A stretch of 63,727 nucleotides of DNA, from contig JAYEHX010000185.1 of assembly GCA_034659735.1 (NCBI GenBank), forward strand, positions 1 through 63,727, read 5' to 3'. Position numbers and translations under genes: made by a program. Positions 9,034 to 18,721 of this stretch are shown here, in pieces (positions within the stretch are counted from its first letter, which is position 1; each line of letters opens with the position of its first letter). Below the pieces are notes generated by a model. It made no database searches and was not told the origin of the DNA. It saw only the letters and a list, made by a program, of their open reading frames with translations. The stretch is from Fidelibacterota bacterium. GTDB taxonomy: Bacteria; Fidelibacterota; Fidelibacteria; Fidelibacterales; Fidelibacteraceae.

Positions 9034-10185
9034 ATGGCAAATAATGGAGCGAAAATATCTTTTAAAAATGGTCTGCAAAATCAGATGCGAGATTTTCTAA
9101 AAGAATGTATGAAAAAAGGAATTTTTGACGCAGTTGTTTTGCCTGTTAGAGTTCCGGCAAATGATTCTTATGCTTGGATTTTAATGAATGATATTTCTAT
9201 AGTTGATCAAGCAAATCCAATTCCACCTGTGATGCCGGTTCAAGGAGCCAAAGCTCTAAAATCATTAACTCGTAAAGGAGATGGCATCTTAAAAATTGCA
9301 ACAATTATGAAACCATGTGAAATTCGTGCTACTATAGAATTAGCAAAATTAAGTCAAGTCAATTTGGAAAATATTACTCTGATTAGTTATGATTGCCCCG
9401 GTGCTATTCCGATGAGTATTTATAATAATTTGTCTGATGATATGGAAATTTTCTATAACGATGTTGTTTCAGAAAATAATTTTGTCAGTGAAAAGATGAA
9501 AGAAGTATGCGGATTTTGTGTTGATTTTTCTGATGTCCCTGATGATTTACATTTTGGATTTACAGGATTAGAAAATGAAGTTTATATAATTCCAAATACC
9601 GGAAAAGGTAATTCTGTTTTAGAAAAATTAGAGATGAAAAGTAGTGAAAATTTGTCTCAATGGAAAAAAAATGTTGCTGATATAAAAAAAATTAAATCCA
9701 AAAATAGAATAGATATTTACAAACAGGTTCAACCGACTGTAGATGGATTAGATAACTTGCAAAAAACTTACGAAAAATGTATCGGTTGTCATAATTGTCA
9801 AAGTGCATGTCCAATTTGTTATTGCAGGCAATGTTTTTTTGATTCAACGGCCTCGGAACAATCTGCCAATACTTTGATTGATATTGCAGAAAAACGAGGT
9901 GGTATCGGGTTTCCGAGAGACAAAATAATGTTCCAAGTTGGACGAATGTCACACATGAGTTTATCTTGTGTTTCGTGTGGACAATGTATGGATGCCTGTC
10001 CGGTAAATATTCCTGTTGCGAAGATATTTAGTTTCGTTTCCTCGAAGACACAGAATACTTTTGAATATAGAGCAGGATTTTCAGGTGACGAACCAATACC
10101 ACTGAAAGTATATAAAGACGATGAACTTAGTAAAATTCACGAAATTGTAAAAAATGCTGAATCTGATGGGAGTGAACATGAGTAA
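9034..10185 (+). CDS. AsrA/HydB/FloxB-C-like 2x[4Fe-4S] iron-sulfur protein
   Basis: 'IMKPCEIRA' N-domain. Extended Cys motif 'CIGCHNCQSACPICYCRQC' plus 'CVSCGQCMDACP'. Paralog of the next gene and of 15253..16218. Confidence 0.75.
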   Translation: MANNGAKISFKNGLQNQMRDFLKECMKKGIFDAVVLPVRVPANDSYAWILMNDISIVDQANPIPPVMPVQGAKALKSLTRKGDGILKIATIMKPCEIRATIELAKLSQVNLENITLISYDCPGAIPMSIYNNLSDDMEIFYNDVVSENNFVSEKMKEVCGFCVDFSDVPDDLHFGFTGLENEVYIIPNTGKGNSVLEKLEMKSSENLSQWKKNVADIKKIKSKNRIDIYKQVQPTVDGLDNLQKTYEKCIGCHNCQSACPICYCRQCFFDSTASEQSANTLIDIAEKRGGIGFPRDKIMFQVGRMSHMSLSCVSCGQCMDACPVNIPVAKIFSFVSSKTQNTFEYRAGFSGDEPIPLKVYKDDELSKIHEIVKNAESDGSEHE

Positions 10186-11278
10186 AGTAATAAAAATAGA
10201 CATTAATTCCAAACAGGGATTGCTTGATTTTTTAGAACATTTATTATCTAACAATGAAATAAGCGGAGTTATGTCATTACGGAAAATAAATGAAAATGGA
10301 ATCTGTGATTATGGTTTGATTACAGAAGTTGATGATTTGAAATCCATCGAACCTTTTGCACCTGTAATGCCGGTCAATGCTTCCCATATATTATCATCAA
10401 TAACACCTGCAAAAAAACCTATTATAGCAATTATTAAACCTTGTGAATTGCGAGGATTTGTGGAAAGGGTGAAGCGGAAACAGGGATCTATGAAAAATAT
10501 AATTACTGTTTCATATACTTGCGGTGGAGTTCTGCCTTTGAATACTTTTCAAAGCGACGACAATGAAAAAATAGTTTCTGAATATTTTGAAACAATTAAA
10601 GGAACTGATACTCCGGAAAATGTCAGACCGGTTTGTAAAGCTTGCGAACATTTTATACCAATGACGGCAGATATAACAATTTCGGTATTTGGCAATAAAG
10701 ATTTTAATTCAAAATCTTGTCTGATGATGAATACAGAACAGGCAATAAAACTTTCCAAAAGTTATAAATGTGAAATTGTTGAGAAAAAGATGGACGATAA
10801 ACTTATGGATGAAATTCTCAAAAAAAGGAAAGCGGGTAAGGAAAAATTATACAAAGAAATTGCAATCACAAAAGATGGATTAGATGAATTTGTAGATATT
10901 TTTGGGAAGTGTATCGGTTGTCATGGATGCAGTAGGGTTTGTCCGATTTGCTATTGTACACTTTGTGATTTTGAATCATCAAATTACGATTATAAAGTAG
11001 ATTTGATTGAGAATGAATTATCCCAAAAAGATGGATTACGATTACCGCCTGATACAATTTTCTTTCAACTTGGTCGATTAAATCATATGAGTTTTTCTTG
11101 TATCGGATGTGGACAGTGTGAAGATGTCTGTCCTGCAGGAATTCCCGTATCTTCAATATTTAAGAAAGTAGGAGAAAGTACAGCCGAATTATTCGATTAT
11201 ATTCCGGGAAAAGATGTTGAAGAGATAATACCTGTTATGATGATTAAAGAGCAAGAATTTCCTGAAGTAGGTGAATAA
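10178..11278 (+). CDS. AsrA/HydB/FloxB-C-like 2x[4Fe-4S] iron-sulfur protein (tandem paralog)
   Basis: The track ORF starts at 10154. ATG 10178 follows GGGAG and overlaps the upstream stop (ATGAGTAA). Contains 'IIKPCELRG', 'CIGCHGCSRVCPICYCTLC' and 'CIGCGQCEDVCP'. Confidence 0.75.
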   Translation: MSKVIKIDINSKQGLLDFLEHLLSNNEISGVMSLRKINENGICDYGLITEVDDLKSIEPFAPVMPVNASHILSSITPAKKPIIAIIKPCELRGFVERVKRKQGSMKNIITVSYTCGGVLPLNTFQSDDNEKIVSEYFETIKGTDTPENVRPVCKACEHFIPMTADITISVFGNKDFNSKSCLMMNTEQAIKLSKSYKCEIVEKKMDDKLMDEILKKRKAGKEKLYKEIAITKDGLDEFVDIFGKCIGCHGCSRVCPICYCTLCDFESSNYDYKVDLIENELSQKDGLRLPPDTIFFQLGRLNHMSFSCIGCGQCEDVCPAGIPVSSIFKKVGESTAELFDYIPGKDVEEIIPVMMIKEQEFPEVGE

Positions 11279-11303
11279 AAAAAATAGAGAATAGGAGAAT
11301 AAA

Positions 11304-11729
11304 ATGGAAAAAGAATTTACACCAAGAATTACAAGTTTTGTATGTAAATGGTGTACATATACAGGAGCAGATTTAGCGGGAATAGGACGACTGCAATATC
11401 CAACTTCAATAATTGCGATGAGAGTACTATGTTCGAGTCGAATTGATCCGGTTTTTATTTTAAAGTCCTATCTGAAAGGTGCCGATGGAATTTTAATTGG
11501 CGGTTGTCATCCTGGAGATTGTCATTATGAAACAGGGAACTATTATACTCGAAGAAGATTTATGATATTAAAATCGATTTTTGATTCTCTTGGTTTAAAA
11601 AGTGACAGATTACGATTGTCTTGGATTTCAGCTTCAGAAGGTGGAAAATTTGCAAGAGTAGCAAATGAATTTACGGAAAAAATAAAAAAAATTGGTCCGA
11701 GCGATACTAAGAGGAATATGTTTCTTTAA
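11304..11729 (+). CDS. mvhD: MvhD-like iron-sulfur protein, copy 2
   Basis: 'FVCKWCTYTGADLAG', 'VLCSSRID', 'GCHPGDCHY'. Confidence 0.88.
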   Translation: MEKEFTPRITSFVCKWCTYTGADLAGIGRLQYPTSIIAMRVLCSSRIDPVFILKSYLKGADGILIGGCHPGDCHYETGNYYTRRRFMILKSIFDSLGLKSDRLRLSWISASEGGKFARVANEFTEKIKKIGPSDTKRNMFL

Positions 11730-11773
11730 TGTGAGATGAGAGAAGTTAAGAGGAAAAAATAGGAAAAGAATTC

Positions 11774-14700
11774 ATGGTTAAAAAAAGTAAATCGGTATTA
11801 GTTGTTGGAGCGGGAATTGCGGGGATTCAAGCATCACTTGATCTTGCAGAGATGGGATTGGATGTTCACCTGATCGAAGAGAGTCCGACAATCGGAGGTA
11901 GAATGCCTCAATTGGATAAGACATTCCCGACTAACGATTGTTCAATGTGTATTTTATCACCTAAGATGAGTGATTGTGCAAGACACCCTAATATTACTCT
12001 TCACACTATGACGACACTCGATTCCATCAGTGGAAATCCTGGAGATTTTAACTGTAAAATTATAGAGAAAGCTAAGTTTGTGGATCCTGATAAATGTGTA
12101 TCTTGTGGAGTTTGCGAAGAAAAATGTCCCGTAAAAATTAATGATGAATTTGATATGGGACTCAGAACACGAAAAGCAATTTCAAGATATTTTTTACAAA
12201 GTATTCCTGCAGAATATACGATTGATAAGGAACATTGTTTATATCTGACAAAAGGTGTTTGTAAAATTTGTGAAAAAGTTTGTGAACCTAATGCTATAAA
12301 TTATGATGATGTGGATAAGGTAATTGAGTTAAAAGTTGGAACTGTAATTATGGCTACGGGAATTGATGCATTTAATCCGATTGGGTTTGGGCACTTTGGT
12401 TATAAACGATATAAAAATGTCGTCACCTCATTGGAATATGAACGAATGCTCTCTGCTTCAGGACCATTGGATGGACATGTTGTAAGAGCATCAGATAAGA
12501 AAGAGCCAAAAAGTTTAGCATTTATACAATGTGTCGGTTCGCGAGATGAGAGTATTGATAAAAATTATTGTTCATCTGCTTGCTGTATGTTTTCAATCAA
12601 GCAGGCAATAATCTCGAAAGAACATATTAAAGACATGGATATTTCAGTATTTAATATGGACATCAGAGCATTCGGAAAAGATTTTGATAAGTATTATGAA
12701 AAAGCAAAAACTACTCATAATGTAGATTTTATCCGTTCAAAAGTTGCTGAAATAACAGAGTTTTCAAATGGAAATCTCAAATTGAAATATGTTTTAGAGA
12801 ATGGAGATATTAAATATAAAGAATTCGATATGGTTGTCTTATCTATCGGTTTGGAAGCACGGAAAAATTTAGAAGAGTTCGCAGAAAAAATGGATATAAA
12901 GTTGAATCAATATAAATTCTGCAGATCCGATGGGTTTTCTCCACTTAAAACTTCTCGTGATGGAATTTATGTTTGTGGTGGTATGAATGGACCGAAAGAT
13001 ATTCCTGAATCTGTAATTACCGCATCTGGTGCTGTCGCAAATTCTGTAAAATATCTTGATATAAAAAGACAGGATATTTCTGTTGACGATGGAGAAGAGC
13101 AGAATGTATCGGGCGATCGTCCAAGAGTTGGTGCTTTTGTTTGTCATTGTGGAATCAATATTGCGGGTGTTGTAGATGTGAAAAATGTTGCGGAATATGC
13201 TAAAGATTTACCAAATGTAGAACATGCTGAAGATATTATGTATGCCTGTTCTCAAGATTATCTGGAGTTGATAAAGAAAAGAATTAAAGAACATAATCTA
13301 AATCGTATAGTTGTCGCTGCTTGTACTCCGAGAACTCATGAACCTTTGTTTAGAGAAACAATTGCAGAAGCTGGATTAAATCCATATCTTTTTGAGATGG
13401 CAAATATTCGAGATCAATGTTCTTGGGCACATATGAATGAGCCGGAATTGGCAACAGAAAAATCTAAAGACCTTATTGAAATGGGAATTGCCAAAGCGAG
13501 AGATTTAACTTCATTAGAGAGATTGCCAATTGATATTGGACCGGGAGCACTTATTATAGGTGGTGGACTTGCGGGAATGACATCTGCATTATCGCTTGCG
13601 GATGCAGGACAGGAAGTTTATTTGGTTGAAAATGAAAATAATCTTGGTGGAAATCTTCGTAATATATATTTTCAGCCGGACGGAAAAGATCCACAAAAAT
13701 TATTACACGAAACAGTAAGAAAGATAAAAGATAATAAAAAAATTCATTTATATAAAAATTCAAAGATTGAAGAGATTTTAGGATATGTTGGAAATTTTAA
13801 CACTACTATAAAAGATATAAAAACAGATAAACACACAAATGTAAAACACGGAGCTGTAATTGTTGCCACAGGTGGGAATGAACACAAAACCGATGAATAT
13901 CAATATGGAAAATCATCAAGAGTTGTCTCACAGGTAGAATTTGAAGAGATGATTCATAATAATGTTTTTCCAAAAGGAAGATTAAAAAATGTTGTAGTGA
14001 TACAATGTGTGGGTTCGAGAGAAGAAGGGAGAATGTATTGTAGTAGAGTTTGTTGTACTAAAGCTGTAAAAAATGGATTAGAATTAAAAAAAGTAAAACA
14101 AAATGTCAATATATATATTTGTCATCGTGATATTCGAACCTATGGTTTTCGTGAACAATATTATACAAATCTCAGAGATGAGGGAACTGTCTTTTTGAGA
14201 TATGATTTAGAAAATAAACCTGATGTAAAATTACAAGACCCTACAGATCCTGATAGCAAATTAACAGTCACTTCATTCGATCCTATTCTTGATAGAGATG
14301 TAGTTATTGATGCAGATTTAGTTGTCTTATCAGTTGCAATAGATGCTCCGAAAGAAAATGATAAATTGGCAAAAATGCTTAAAATTCCTTTAAATGCAGA
14401 TGGAATGTTTCTTGAAGCACATGTAAAATTACGACCTGTAGATTTTGCTACCGATGGTGTTTTTGTCTGCGGACTTGCACATTCTCCTAAAGATATTGAC
14501 GAAAGTATTGCACAAGCAAAGGCATCAGCAAGTCGTGCATTAACATTTTTAAGTAAGAAAGCAATTTTAGCTGAGGGAACAATTACCGAAGTTGATGAAA
14601 GTTTGTGTTCAGGATGTGGATATTGTGTAGATGTATGTGCCTACGCCGCATTGGAAATTGATTCTGAAAAAGAGGTAGTGCTTGTGAACGATGCACTTTG

Positions 14701-14809
14701 TAAAGGATGTGGTGCTTGTGTTTCGTCTTGCAGATGTGGAGCTTTAGATTTACGAGGATTTAGTAATAAGCAACTATATTCTGTTTTTGATGCTTTGGAA
14801 TTGAGATAA
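11774..14809 (+). CDS. hdrA: fused double-HdrA flavoprotein (1011 aa)
   Basis: Two GxGxxG folds ('VVGAGIAG', 'IIGGGLAG'). Two HdrA signatures ('QCVGSRDESIDKNYCSSACC', 'QCVGSREEGRMYCSRVCC'). Internal 'FVCHCGINIAG...VAACTPRTHE' domain, inserted and C-terminal ferredoxins. Confidence 0.9.
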   Translation: MVKKSKSVLVVGAGIAGIQASLDLAEMGLDVHLIEESPTIGGRMPQLDKTFPTNDCSMCILSPKMSDCARHPNITLHTMTTLDSISGNPGDFNCKIIEKAKFVDPDKCVSCGVCEEKCPVKINDEFDMGLRTRKAISRYFLQSIPAEYTIDKEHCLYLTKGVCKICEKVCEPNAINYDDVDKVIELKVGTVIMATGIDAFNPIGFGHFGYKRYKNVVTSLEYERMLSASGPLDGHVVRASDKKEPKSLAFIQCVGSRDESIDKNYCSSACCMFSIKQAIISKEHIKDMDISVFNMDIRAFGKDFDKYYEKAKTTHNVDFIRSKVAEITEFSNGNLKLKYVLENGDIKYKEFDMVVLSIGLEARKNLEEFAEKMDIKLNQYKFCRSDGFSPLKTSRDGIYVCGGMNGPKDIPESVITASGAVANSVKYLDIKRQDISVDDGEEQNVSGDRPRVGAFVCHCGINIAGVVDVKNVAEYAKDLPNVEHAEDIMYACSQDYLELIKKRIKEHNLNRIVVAACTPRTHEPLFRETIAEAGLNPYLFEMANIRDQCSWAHMNEPELATEKSKDLIEMGIAKARDLTSLERLPIDIGPGALIIGGGLAGMTSALSLADAGQEVYLVENENNLGGNLRNIYFQPDGKDPQKLLHETVRKIKDNKKIHLYKNSKIEEILGYVGNFNTTIKDIKTDKHTNVKHGAVIVATGGNEHKTDEYQYGKSSRVVSQVEFEEMIHNNVFPKGRLKNVVVIQCVGSREEGRMYCSRVCCTKAVKNGLELKKVKQNVNIYICHRDIRTYGFREQYYTNLRDEGTVFLRYDLENKPDVKLQDPTDPDSKLTVTSFDPILDRDVVIDADLVVLSVAIDAPKENDKLAKMLKIPLNADGMFLEAHVKLRPVDFATDGVFVCGLAHSPKDIDESIAQAKASASRALTFLSKKAILAEGTITEVDESLCSGCGYCVDVCAYAALEIDSEKEVVLVNDALCKGCGACVSSCRCGALDLRGFSNKQLYSVFDALELR

Positions 14810-14830
14810 AAAAATTAGGAGAGATATAAA

Positions 14831-15250
14831 ATGAAAGATTGGCAACCGAAAATATTAGCAATTTTATGCAATTGGTGTTCTTATGCAGGAGCAGATCTTG
14901 CCGGAGTATCTCGACTACAATATCCGCCGAATATTCGTGTTGTGCGAATTCCATGTTCCGGTAGAGTTGATCCGTTATTTATTATGAAAGCATTTCAAAC
15001 CGGATATGATGGCGTTTTGGTATCAGGATGTCATCCCGGCGATTGTCATTATCTTTCGGGAAATTATTTTGCACGAAGAAAATTTGCGGTGCTGAAACCA
15101 TTGATGGAATTTATAGGTGTTGAACCGGATCGGTTACAATTTTCTTGGGTTTCTGCAGGTGAAGGAGAGAGATTTTCTAAAGTTGTGACAAAGGTGACAG
15201 ACGATATAAAAAAGATTGGCCCCATAAAAAAAATGGTTAAGGGAGATTGA
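14831..15250 (+). CDS. mvhD: MvhD-like iron-sulfur protein, copy 3 (FloxD-like position)
   Basis: 'ILCNWCSYAGADLAG', 'IPCSGRVD', 'GCHPGDCHY'. Directly precedes the Flox-like genes. Confidence 0.88.
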   Translation: MKDWQPKILAILCNWCSYAGADLAGVSRLQYPPNIRVVRIPCSGRVDPLFIMKAFQTGYDGVLVSGCHPGDCHYLSGNYFARRKFAVLKPLMEFIGVEPDRLQFSWVSAGEGERFSKVVTKVTDDIKKIGPIKKMVKGD

Positions 15251-15252
15251 GA

Positions 15253-16218
15253 ATGGTAAAGGAACTACAGAAAAAAGTCAGAGAATTATTCGAAGATAAA
15301 AAAGTTGATATGGTAGTCGGTTGGGGAAAAGGTTCGGTCCCAATGTCTGCAACTCCACTATTTATTAAGAGTATTGATGAAGTCGATGATTTGATTTTTG
15401 ATGAAACATGTCAGAATAATTTGGCAGTATATTTTACAAAAGATAAACGAAAATTATCAAAAGATGGAAAAAAAGTTGGAGTTATTGTTAAGGGTTGTGA
15501 TGATCGTTCATTGGTTTTGTATTCCATAGAAAAACAGATAAAGAGAGATGATATTGTAATAATTGGAGTTCCTTGCGATGGAGTTATTGACAAAAATAAG
15601 ATATTACGAAAAACGAATAATCGTGAAGTGATAGAATATAATTGTGATGAAAAAAAAGTAAAAGTTAAGGGACGAGATTTTGAATTAACACTTGACAAAA
15701 AAGATGTTTTAAGTGATTCTTGTCTTACCTGTTCTTATCCTGATGCACAAGTTTATGATGAATTTATAGGGAAGGCGAGGAAAAAAGTTGATTGCAAAGA
15801 TGAGTTTAAAAAAGTAGATGATTTTGAGAAACTCTCATTAGATGAAAGATGGAATGCGATTACGGAAGAATATTCAAAATGTATTCGCTGTTATGCTTGT
15901 AGAAATGTATGTCCTTCTTGCTACTGCACAAAATGTTTCGTCGATACTAATAAACCGCAGTGGATAGGAAAAAGTCCTGAAATAACAGATTCAATTATTT
16001 TTCATTTAATTAGGAATTTGCATGTTGCCGGACGATGTGTTGAATGCGGTGCTTGTGCCAGAGCATGTCCGGTTGGAATTGATTTATTACTACTAAATAA
16101 AAAAATAACAAAAGAGATAAATCAAAGATTTGATTATACGGCAGGATTGGATATTGATGAAAAACCAGTTATGACAACATATTGCGAAAATGAAAAACAA
16201 GATTTCATTATGGGGTAA
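15253..16218 (+). CDS. FloxC/AsrA-like iron-sulfur protein
   Basis: The track start is TTG 15247; ATG 15253 is about 7 nt after GGGAGA. Contains 'VKGCDDRSLV', 'CIRCYACRNVCPSCYCTKC' and 'CVECGACARACP'. Confidence 0.7.
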   Translation: MVKELQKKVRELFEDKKVDMVVGWGKGSVPMSATPLFIKSIDEVDDLIFDETCQNNLAVYFTKDKRKLSKDGKKVGVIVKGCDDRSLVLYSIEKQIKRDDIVIIGVPCDGVIDKNKILRKTNNREVIEYNCDEKKVKVKGRDFELTLDKKDVLSDSCLTCSYPDAQVYDEFIGKARKKVDCKDEFKKVDDFEKLSLDERWNAITEEYSKCIRCYACRNVCPSCYCTKCFVDTNKPQWIGKSPEITDSIIFHLIRNLHVAGRCVECGACARACPVGIDLLLLNKKITKEINQRFDYTAGLDIDEKPVMTTYCENEKQDFIMG

Positions 16219-16220
16219 AA

Positions 16221-17255
16221 ATGATAATTAAAATTAATAAAAATAAGTTTGATAAATTTTTTAAAATTCTAAAAGGGAATTATGATGTTTTTGCTCCGAT
16301 AGGCGATGGCATGAATTCAAAATTTAGTCGAGTGAAATCTATTAAGGAAATAAACCTTGATATTTCAAATACAGACAAATCTCCAAAAGAAATATTTTTT
16401 CCGCAAACCGAAATACTTTTCAATTTTGAATCACAAAAAATCAATTTGAATGCAGAAAAAAATAAATCTTTTGCTGTTTGGGGAATGCGACCTTGTGATG
16501 CAAAAAGTTTAACATTAATTGATAAAATATTCGGAAGTGCAAAACAGAAACCTAATGACGAAAATTTTGAAGATCCTTATTGGAAATCAAAATATGACGA
16601 TGCTTTGATTTTTTCTATCGGATGCAACACTCCGGCATCTACATGTTTTTGTAATTGGTTTGAGAGTGGACCTTTTGAGAAAATCGGTTCTGATATTTTT
16701 GTTGTGAATACAGACGAATATTATTTAATGGAAGCCGTTAGTGAGAAAGGAAAAGTGTTTCTCAAGAAAGTGACTGATTTTGAAAAAGGCATAAAAAAAG
16801 ATGAAGAGAAAATTACAGAATTAAAAAAGAGAGCAGAAAGTTATTTAAAAAAATCTGTAGATTTAAAGGCATTAGATAATGTTATTGAGGAAATTTGGGG
16901 AAATCCGGTTTGGGATGAGCTCAGTAATAAATGTATAAATTGTGGTGCATGTACTTTTATTTGTCCCACTTGCCACTGTTTTGATATTCAAGATGAAGGA
17001 AAAGAAAAGGCAGGAAAACGAATACGATTATGGGATTCCTGTATGTTTCCGGATTTTACAGGTGAAGCATCGGGACATAACCCGAGATTACTTTCTAAAG
17101 ACAGATTTCGTCAGAGATTTATGCATAAATTCAAATATTTTCCAGATAATAATGACGATTATTTATGTACGGGATGTGGAAGATGTATCTATGTTTGTCC
17201 TGTGAATGTTGATATTAGAGAAGTGGTTGAGAAAATTGTGAAATGTGAATCGTGA
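16221..17255 (+). CDS. AsrA/HydB (sulfhydrogenase beta)/FloxB-like iron-sulfur protein
   Basis: 'GMRPCDAKSL', 'CINCGACTFICPTCHCFD', 'CTGCGRCIYVCP'. The architecture resembles anaerobic sulfite reductase subunit A and sulfhydrogenase beta. Confidence 0.75.
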   Translation: MIIKINKNKFDKFFKILKGNYDVFAPIGDGMNSKFSRVKSIKEINLDISNTDKSPKEIFFPQTEILFNFESQKINLNAEKNKSFAVWGMRPCDAKSLTLIDKIFGSAKQKPNDENFEDPYWKSKYDDALIFSIGCNTPASTCFCNWFESGPFEKIGSDIFVVNTDEYYLMEAVSEKGKVFLKKVTDFEKGIKKDEEKITELKKRAESYLKKSVDLKALDNVIEEIWGNPVWDELSNKCINCGACTFICPTCHCFDIQDEGKEKAGKRIRLWDSCMFPDFTGEASGHNPRLLSKDRFRQRFMHKFKYFPDNNDDYLCTGCGRCIYVCPVNVDIREVVEKIVKCES

Positions 17256-17289
17256 GAGATATAAATTTATGAAAAAAGAAAGGTAGTAG

Positions 17290-18123
17290 ATGAAAAATAC
17301 ATATATACCAGTTCCAATGAAGGTAGAAAATATAATTACAGAAGATCCGAATAAGACATTACGGACTTATGATTTATCTTTTATTAATTCGGAAGATAGA
17401 AAAAATTTCAAATATATGCCGGGTCAGTTTTGTGAATTTTCCATTCTCGGCAAAGGTGAATCGCCTTTCGGTATTGCCTCTTCGCCAACTGAAAAGGATT
17501 TTTTGAGATTCACTGTAAATAATACCGGCTTGGTGACGAATGAAATTCATTATTTGCGAAAGGGCGATAATGTAGGTATTCGTGGTCCACTCGGGAATTG
17601 GTATCCCGTAGAAAAATTTAAGGGCGAAAATATTGTAATAATAGGTGGTGGATTTGCTTTCACAACATTACGGTCGTTATTGATTTATTTGCTGGAACAT
17701 AGGAAAGATTATGGAGAAATTACAGTAATTTATGGTGCAAGAAATCCGGATTTATTTATCTATAAAGATGAAATAGCCGAATGGGAAAAACGAGATGATT
17801 TGAATTTGCATCTCACAATTGATAAAAAAGCAGATGGTTGGGATAAATTGGTTGGATTCGTTCCAGCTGTTGTAAAAGAATTAGCACCTAAAGCCGAGAA
17901 GACATGGTGTGTTGTTTGTGGTCCGCCTATTATGATAAAATTTACATTACCTGTATTGGTTCAATTAAAATTTCCAAATGATAGAATCTATACTTCACTG
18001 GAAAGAAAAATGAAATGTGGAATTGGAAAATGTGGTCGCTGTAATATCGGCTCAAAATATATTTGTATTGATGGTCCTGTATTTTCTATGGAAGATATAA
18101 ATAATATTTCTGAGGAGATTTAG
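17290..18123 (+). CDS. AsrB/HydG/FloxA-like FAD/NAD(P)-binding oxidoreductase with C-terminal [2Fe-2S]
   Basis: FNR-like 'MPGQFCEF', 'RFTV' and 'IIGGGFAF' motifs. C-terminal 'MKCGIGKCGRCN' cluster motif as in PyrK/AsrB-type proteins. Confidence 0.8.
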   Translation: MKNTYIPVPMKVENIITEDPNKTLRTYDLSFINSEDRKNFKYMPGQFCEFSILGKGESPFGIASSPTEKDFLRFTVNNTGLVTNEIHYLRKGDNVGIRGPLGNWYPVEKFKGENIVIIGGGFAFTTLRSLLIYLLEHRKDYGEITVIYGARNPDLFIYKDEIAEWEKRDDLNLHLTIDKKADGWDKLVGFVPAVVKELAPKAEKTWCVVCGPPIMIKFTLPVLVQLKFPNDRIYTSLERKMKCGIGKCGRCNIGSKYICIDGPVFSMEDINNISEEI

Positions 18124-18179
18124 AAGAGGGAGAAGAGGGTTAGAAGGTTAGGAGGTTAGAGGGTTAGTAAGTTAGGAAA
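18124..18179. repeat. 8-nt period purine-rich tandem array (GGTTAGRR family)
   Basis: aagaggga gaagaggg ttagaagg ttaggagg ttagaggg ttagtaag ttaggaaa. Begins immediately after the TAG stop at 18121-18123. Confidence 0.9.
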
Positions 18180-18200
18180 ATAATATAAAGGGAGAGATAT

Positions 18201-18671
18201 ATGGATAAGATAAATTTAAAAGATATGGATCCAAAGTTTAAAGATGATATTGTTTCACAACCGGGTGGAGAATTTTTTAGACGATGTTTCACTTGTGGGA
18301 CTTGTACTGCGGCTTGTCCTGTTGCAGAAGTTCATGATGAATACGATCCCAGAAAAATAATTAGAATGGCGATTCTCGGAATGCGAAAAGAAGTTCTTTC
18401 GTCTGATATTTTATGGATGTGTTCCAGATGTTACACTTGTTATGCATTATGTCCTCAAAATGTAAAATTTACAGATGTAATTAGTATTCTTAGAGATATG
18501 GCAATTAAGGAAGGATATGTATCAAAAGAGCGACTTGAACAGGCAAAAGAGACAGATAAACAGATTCAAGAATTGAGATGCAAAATTATTGATAACAAAT
18601 TACATCCTGAAGAAAAAAAAGTAAAAGAAATTAAAAAATCAATTGAAAAAGAATTAAGTGAGAATTGGTAA
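18201..18671 (+). CDS. hdrC: HdrC-like 2x[4Fe-4S] ferredoxin-domain protein
   Basis: 'CFTCGTCTAACP' and 'CSRCYTCYALCP' in a helical-ferredoxin arrangement. Charged C-terminal tail. Confidence 0.7.
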   Translation: MDKINLKDMDPKFKDDIVSQPGGEFFRRCFTCGTCTAACPVAEVHDEYDPRKIIRMAILGMRKEVLSSDILWMCSRCYTCYALCPQNVKFTDVISILRDMAIKEGYVSKERLEQAKETDKQIQELRCKIIDNKLHPEEKKVKEIKKSIEKELSENW

Positions 18672-18721
18672 ATAATGATAGATAAAAACAATCCAATAAT
18701 TAATTGGAGTGAGGTAATATT

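Noticed and set aside
10154-10177. Upstream ATG (10154) as the start of the second AsrA-like gene, and the similar upstream TTG starts at 4482, 15247 and 58981.
   Set aside because: The downstream ATGs (10178, 4503, 15253, 58996) have better-spaced SD sequences. At 4503 the start gives a clean signal peptide. The longer versions add residues overlapping the preceding gene or spacer. Confidence in exact starts is moderate only.
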